A stretch of 56,088 bases of DNA from a bacterium (GTDB lineage Bacteria > Patescibacteriota > Minisyncoccia > UBA6257 > GWB1-50-10), in NCBI GenBank assembly GCA_021812365.1, contig JAKANQ010000003.1, positions 1-56,088 of the forward strand. The letters are read 5' to 3'. This document shows, piece after piece, positions 54,167 to 56,088 of the stretch. The notes beneath the pieces are model-generated. The model searched no databases. It was not told the DNA's origin and saw nothing but the letters and a program-made list of their open reading frames with translations. The first letter of the stretch is position 1. Each line of letters opens with the position of its first letter. The translations under genes were made by a program, and so were the position numbers.

Positions 54167-56088
54167 ATGAACGTCTTCTCTAAAAAAATATTTTTTATAA
54201 GCTTTGTAGTAACCATTCTTTTAGGGTTGAATTTTGCGTATGCGTTCACCGGACCAGGCTCGCTCACCGCGGGCACGGGGAATGGTGCCATTTCCGCATC
54301 CGGAACCAATGTGGGAATCGGGACGGCGAATCCGTCGACAAGATTGTATGTATCGGGACCGGCTATCACCATCTCGAACGATTCGGGAAGTTCAAACGCT
54401 TCCATTAATTTAACCGGTTGGAATGCCGGAGTTTCGAGTCAGGCATATATTTTTGCCAACTGGACCGGCGGACTTGTATTCACGGCCGCGAATGGCCAGT
54501 CCACCAGCTTTTTTGATGGTGCGACCAACAATCTTACTATTACCGGCGCGGGCAATGTGGGTATTGGCACCACGACTCCTTCGCAGGCGTTATATGTCAA
54601 TGGCAATGCACAGGCAAACGCATTCATAGGAACGATTTCCGGCGCGATTGCGGCGGACAACGTTGCTTCCGGTGCGTTTGGTTCGCTTCAGGGCGGCGGC
54701 ATCTATTCATTTCCCGCGTCGGTGGGTATCGGGACGACAACACCAGGAACTTCATTAGAAGTTGTTAATCCTGCTAACGGGGTTCAGTCTGTAGTAACAG
54801 TTGGAACAAACGCATACACTGGGAACTCATCAGCATTAAGATTAAAGAGTACTTCTGGTTACACAAACTGGCAGGTTGCATCACAATGGAATGTTGCAAA
54901 CGCTTTGGAGTTTACTCCATCAACAGCAGTAAACGGTACGACTTTTTCTACTCCAGTTATGACTTTGTTGGCGGGTGGCAATGTCGGTATTGGGACGACG
55001 AATCCCGGAGCGAAGTTGGATATTCATACTACTAACGGCGCGGGGTCCGATGTTTTATTAACGCTCTCAAGAGCGGTGGGTAGTGGTCAATCTACATTTA
55101 CTCAATATCTTAATTCAGGTTCTGATTACGGATTGCGTATTGGAAACGGCGCGAGTAATTGGGTTACTGTAAATCAATATAACGGCAATGTCGGTATAGG
55201 TACGACGACGCCGGCGCAAAAACTTTCTGTTGCGGGAACCATCGAATCAACAACGGGTGGATTTAAATTTCCCGATGGTACGATGCAGACCACTGCGGGT
55301 GGAGGTCAGTGGACTACTTCAAGTACCAATATTTATAACACAAACACGGGCAATGTTGGTATCGGGACTGCGGCACCGGGAGCAAATCTAGACGTAAATG
55401 GTAATTTGTCAGTTAGGGGAACCTATATTTATTTGAATGGTGGCTTGGGTGGTGCTGTCAATGGTACCGGTGGTCCCCTTATTTATTCGGATGCAAACAA
55501 TACGGTTATGAAATTGGGAGCTACTGCCGGTGCTTTTCAAATTCAAAATTATGCAGGTTCAGCAGTAAATTCATTTTCAGTAAACGGTAATTCTTATTTT
55601 AATGGTGGCAACGTCGGTATCGGGACTGCGGCGCCTTCAACGAAACTTGATGTAAATGGAAATGTAGTTATGCGTTCAGGAAGTGCAAATAATGCAGTTT
55701 TGGAAATAAAAAATGCTTTAGGAAATAATGCGTTTAGATTTGTTGATTTAATTACTACCGATAATGCAAGATTAACCTTGCACGATGGATCGGGTAATGC
55801 ACAAGTTTTGATTTCTGCGGACGCAACAGCTGGGTCTTATTTTAATACGGGCAACGTCGGCATCGGCACGACGGCACCCGCATACAAGCTTGATGTTTCA
55901 GGCGCCGGCAACTTCACGGGCACAGTGAATGTCGGTACTCCCACCGCAGCAGGAAACGCGGCAACAAAAGCGTACGTGGATACTGCAGTGACAAGCGGTG
56001 TGACGGGCGGTATTTCCGGAACTACCAACTATATCTCCAAATTCACAGGTACGAACACGATTGGTAACTCCTTGCTTTTTGATAACGG
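54167..56088 (+). CDS. Large secreted GNVGIGT-repeat fibre/adhesin-like protein, 3'-truncated by the window end (absent from the ORF track)
   Basis: Signal peptide (AYA); frame open to the end of the window; eight (G/T/S)xVGIGT motifs; GGFKFPDGT.QTTA; AATKAYVD. Confidence 0.85.
   Translation, partial: MNVFSKKIFFISFVVTILLGLNFAYAFTGPGSLTAGTGNGAISASGTNVGIGTANPSTRLYVSGPAITISNDSGSSNASINLTGWNAGVSSQAYIFANWTGGLVFTAANGQSTSFFDGATNNLTITGAGNVGIGTTTPSQALYVNGNAQANAFIGTISGAIAADNVASGAFGSLQGGGIYSFPASVGIGTTTPGTSLEVVNPANGVQSVVTVGTNAYTGNSSALRLKSTSGYTNWQVASQWNVANALEFTPSTAVNGTTFSTPVMTLLAGGNVGIGTTNPGAKLDIHTTNGAGSDVLLTLSRAVGSGQSTFTQYLNSGSDYGLRIGNGASNWVTVNQYNGNVGIGTTTPAQKLSVAGTIESTTGGFKFPDGTMQTTAGGGQWTTSSTNIYNTNTGNVGIGTAAPGANLDVNGNLSVRGTYIYLNGGLGGAVNGTGGPLIYSDANNTVMKLGATAGAFQIQNYAGSAVNSFSVNGNSYFNGGNVGIGTAAPSTKLDVNGNVVMRSGSANNAVLEIKNALGNNAFRFVDLITTDNARLTLHDGSGNAQVLISADATAGSYFNTGNVGIGTTAPAYKLDVSGAGNFTGTVNVGTPTAAGNAATKAYVDTAVTSGVTGGISGTTNYISKFTGTNTIGNSLLFDN

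Noticed and set aside
523-56028. The many overlapping 60-210 aa ORFs in the six-frame track
   Set aside because: Antisense or out-of-frame shadows of well-supported genes, with no motifs or initiation signals.
200-56088. Alternative genetic code (TGA = Gly, table 25)
   Set aside because: Conserved genes such as prs end at TGA, and full-length proteins translate correctly with table 11.

Overview
A 56 kb chromosomal window that looks like a Patescibacteria (CPR, probably Parcubacteria) genome. This is inferred from the compact layout, reduced enzyme forms and typical surface-protein families. TGA is used as a stop, so the code is standard table 11. Housekeeping genes: prs, uvrD-nuclease fusion, typA, MacAB-like ABC exporter, eno, nth, gpsA, dinB, tig, xseAB, mutY, CCA-adding enzyme, NAD kinase, rplU, recR, dnaB, cysS. 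There are four tRNAs without encoded CCA (Lys-CTT, Arg-TCG, Pro-CGG, Ala-CGC), a csoR-copA copper operon, a second P1B-ATPase with a non-canonical CADD motif, and panD. The most unusual signals are non-coding. (1) A family of tRNA-abutting structured repeats (AGTA-loop hairpins, GGA...TCCGAA closures, duplicated tRNA 3' ends, an antisense T-arm) lies on both sides of the cca gene. (2) Orphan genes sit in self-contained units with a promoter, a boxA-like motif, usually an SD, and in three cases a near-identical downstream hairpin, whereas many core genes look leaderless. (3) The hpf/raiA gene is frameshifted in a G9 tract. (4) An RRM gene has a multi-stem leader. Notable proteins are a secreted Zn-phospholipase C/P1-nuclease-like LTD/PKD protein with an upstream partner, a five-repeat beta-flower-like membrane protein, a 22-aa Lys-rich peptide with its own transcription unit, and a cassette-like GNVGIGT-repeat surface protein. 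No CRISPR array, integrase, transposase or reverse transcriptase is visible. All family assignments come from motif recognition, not database searches.
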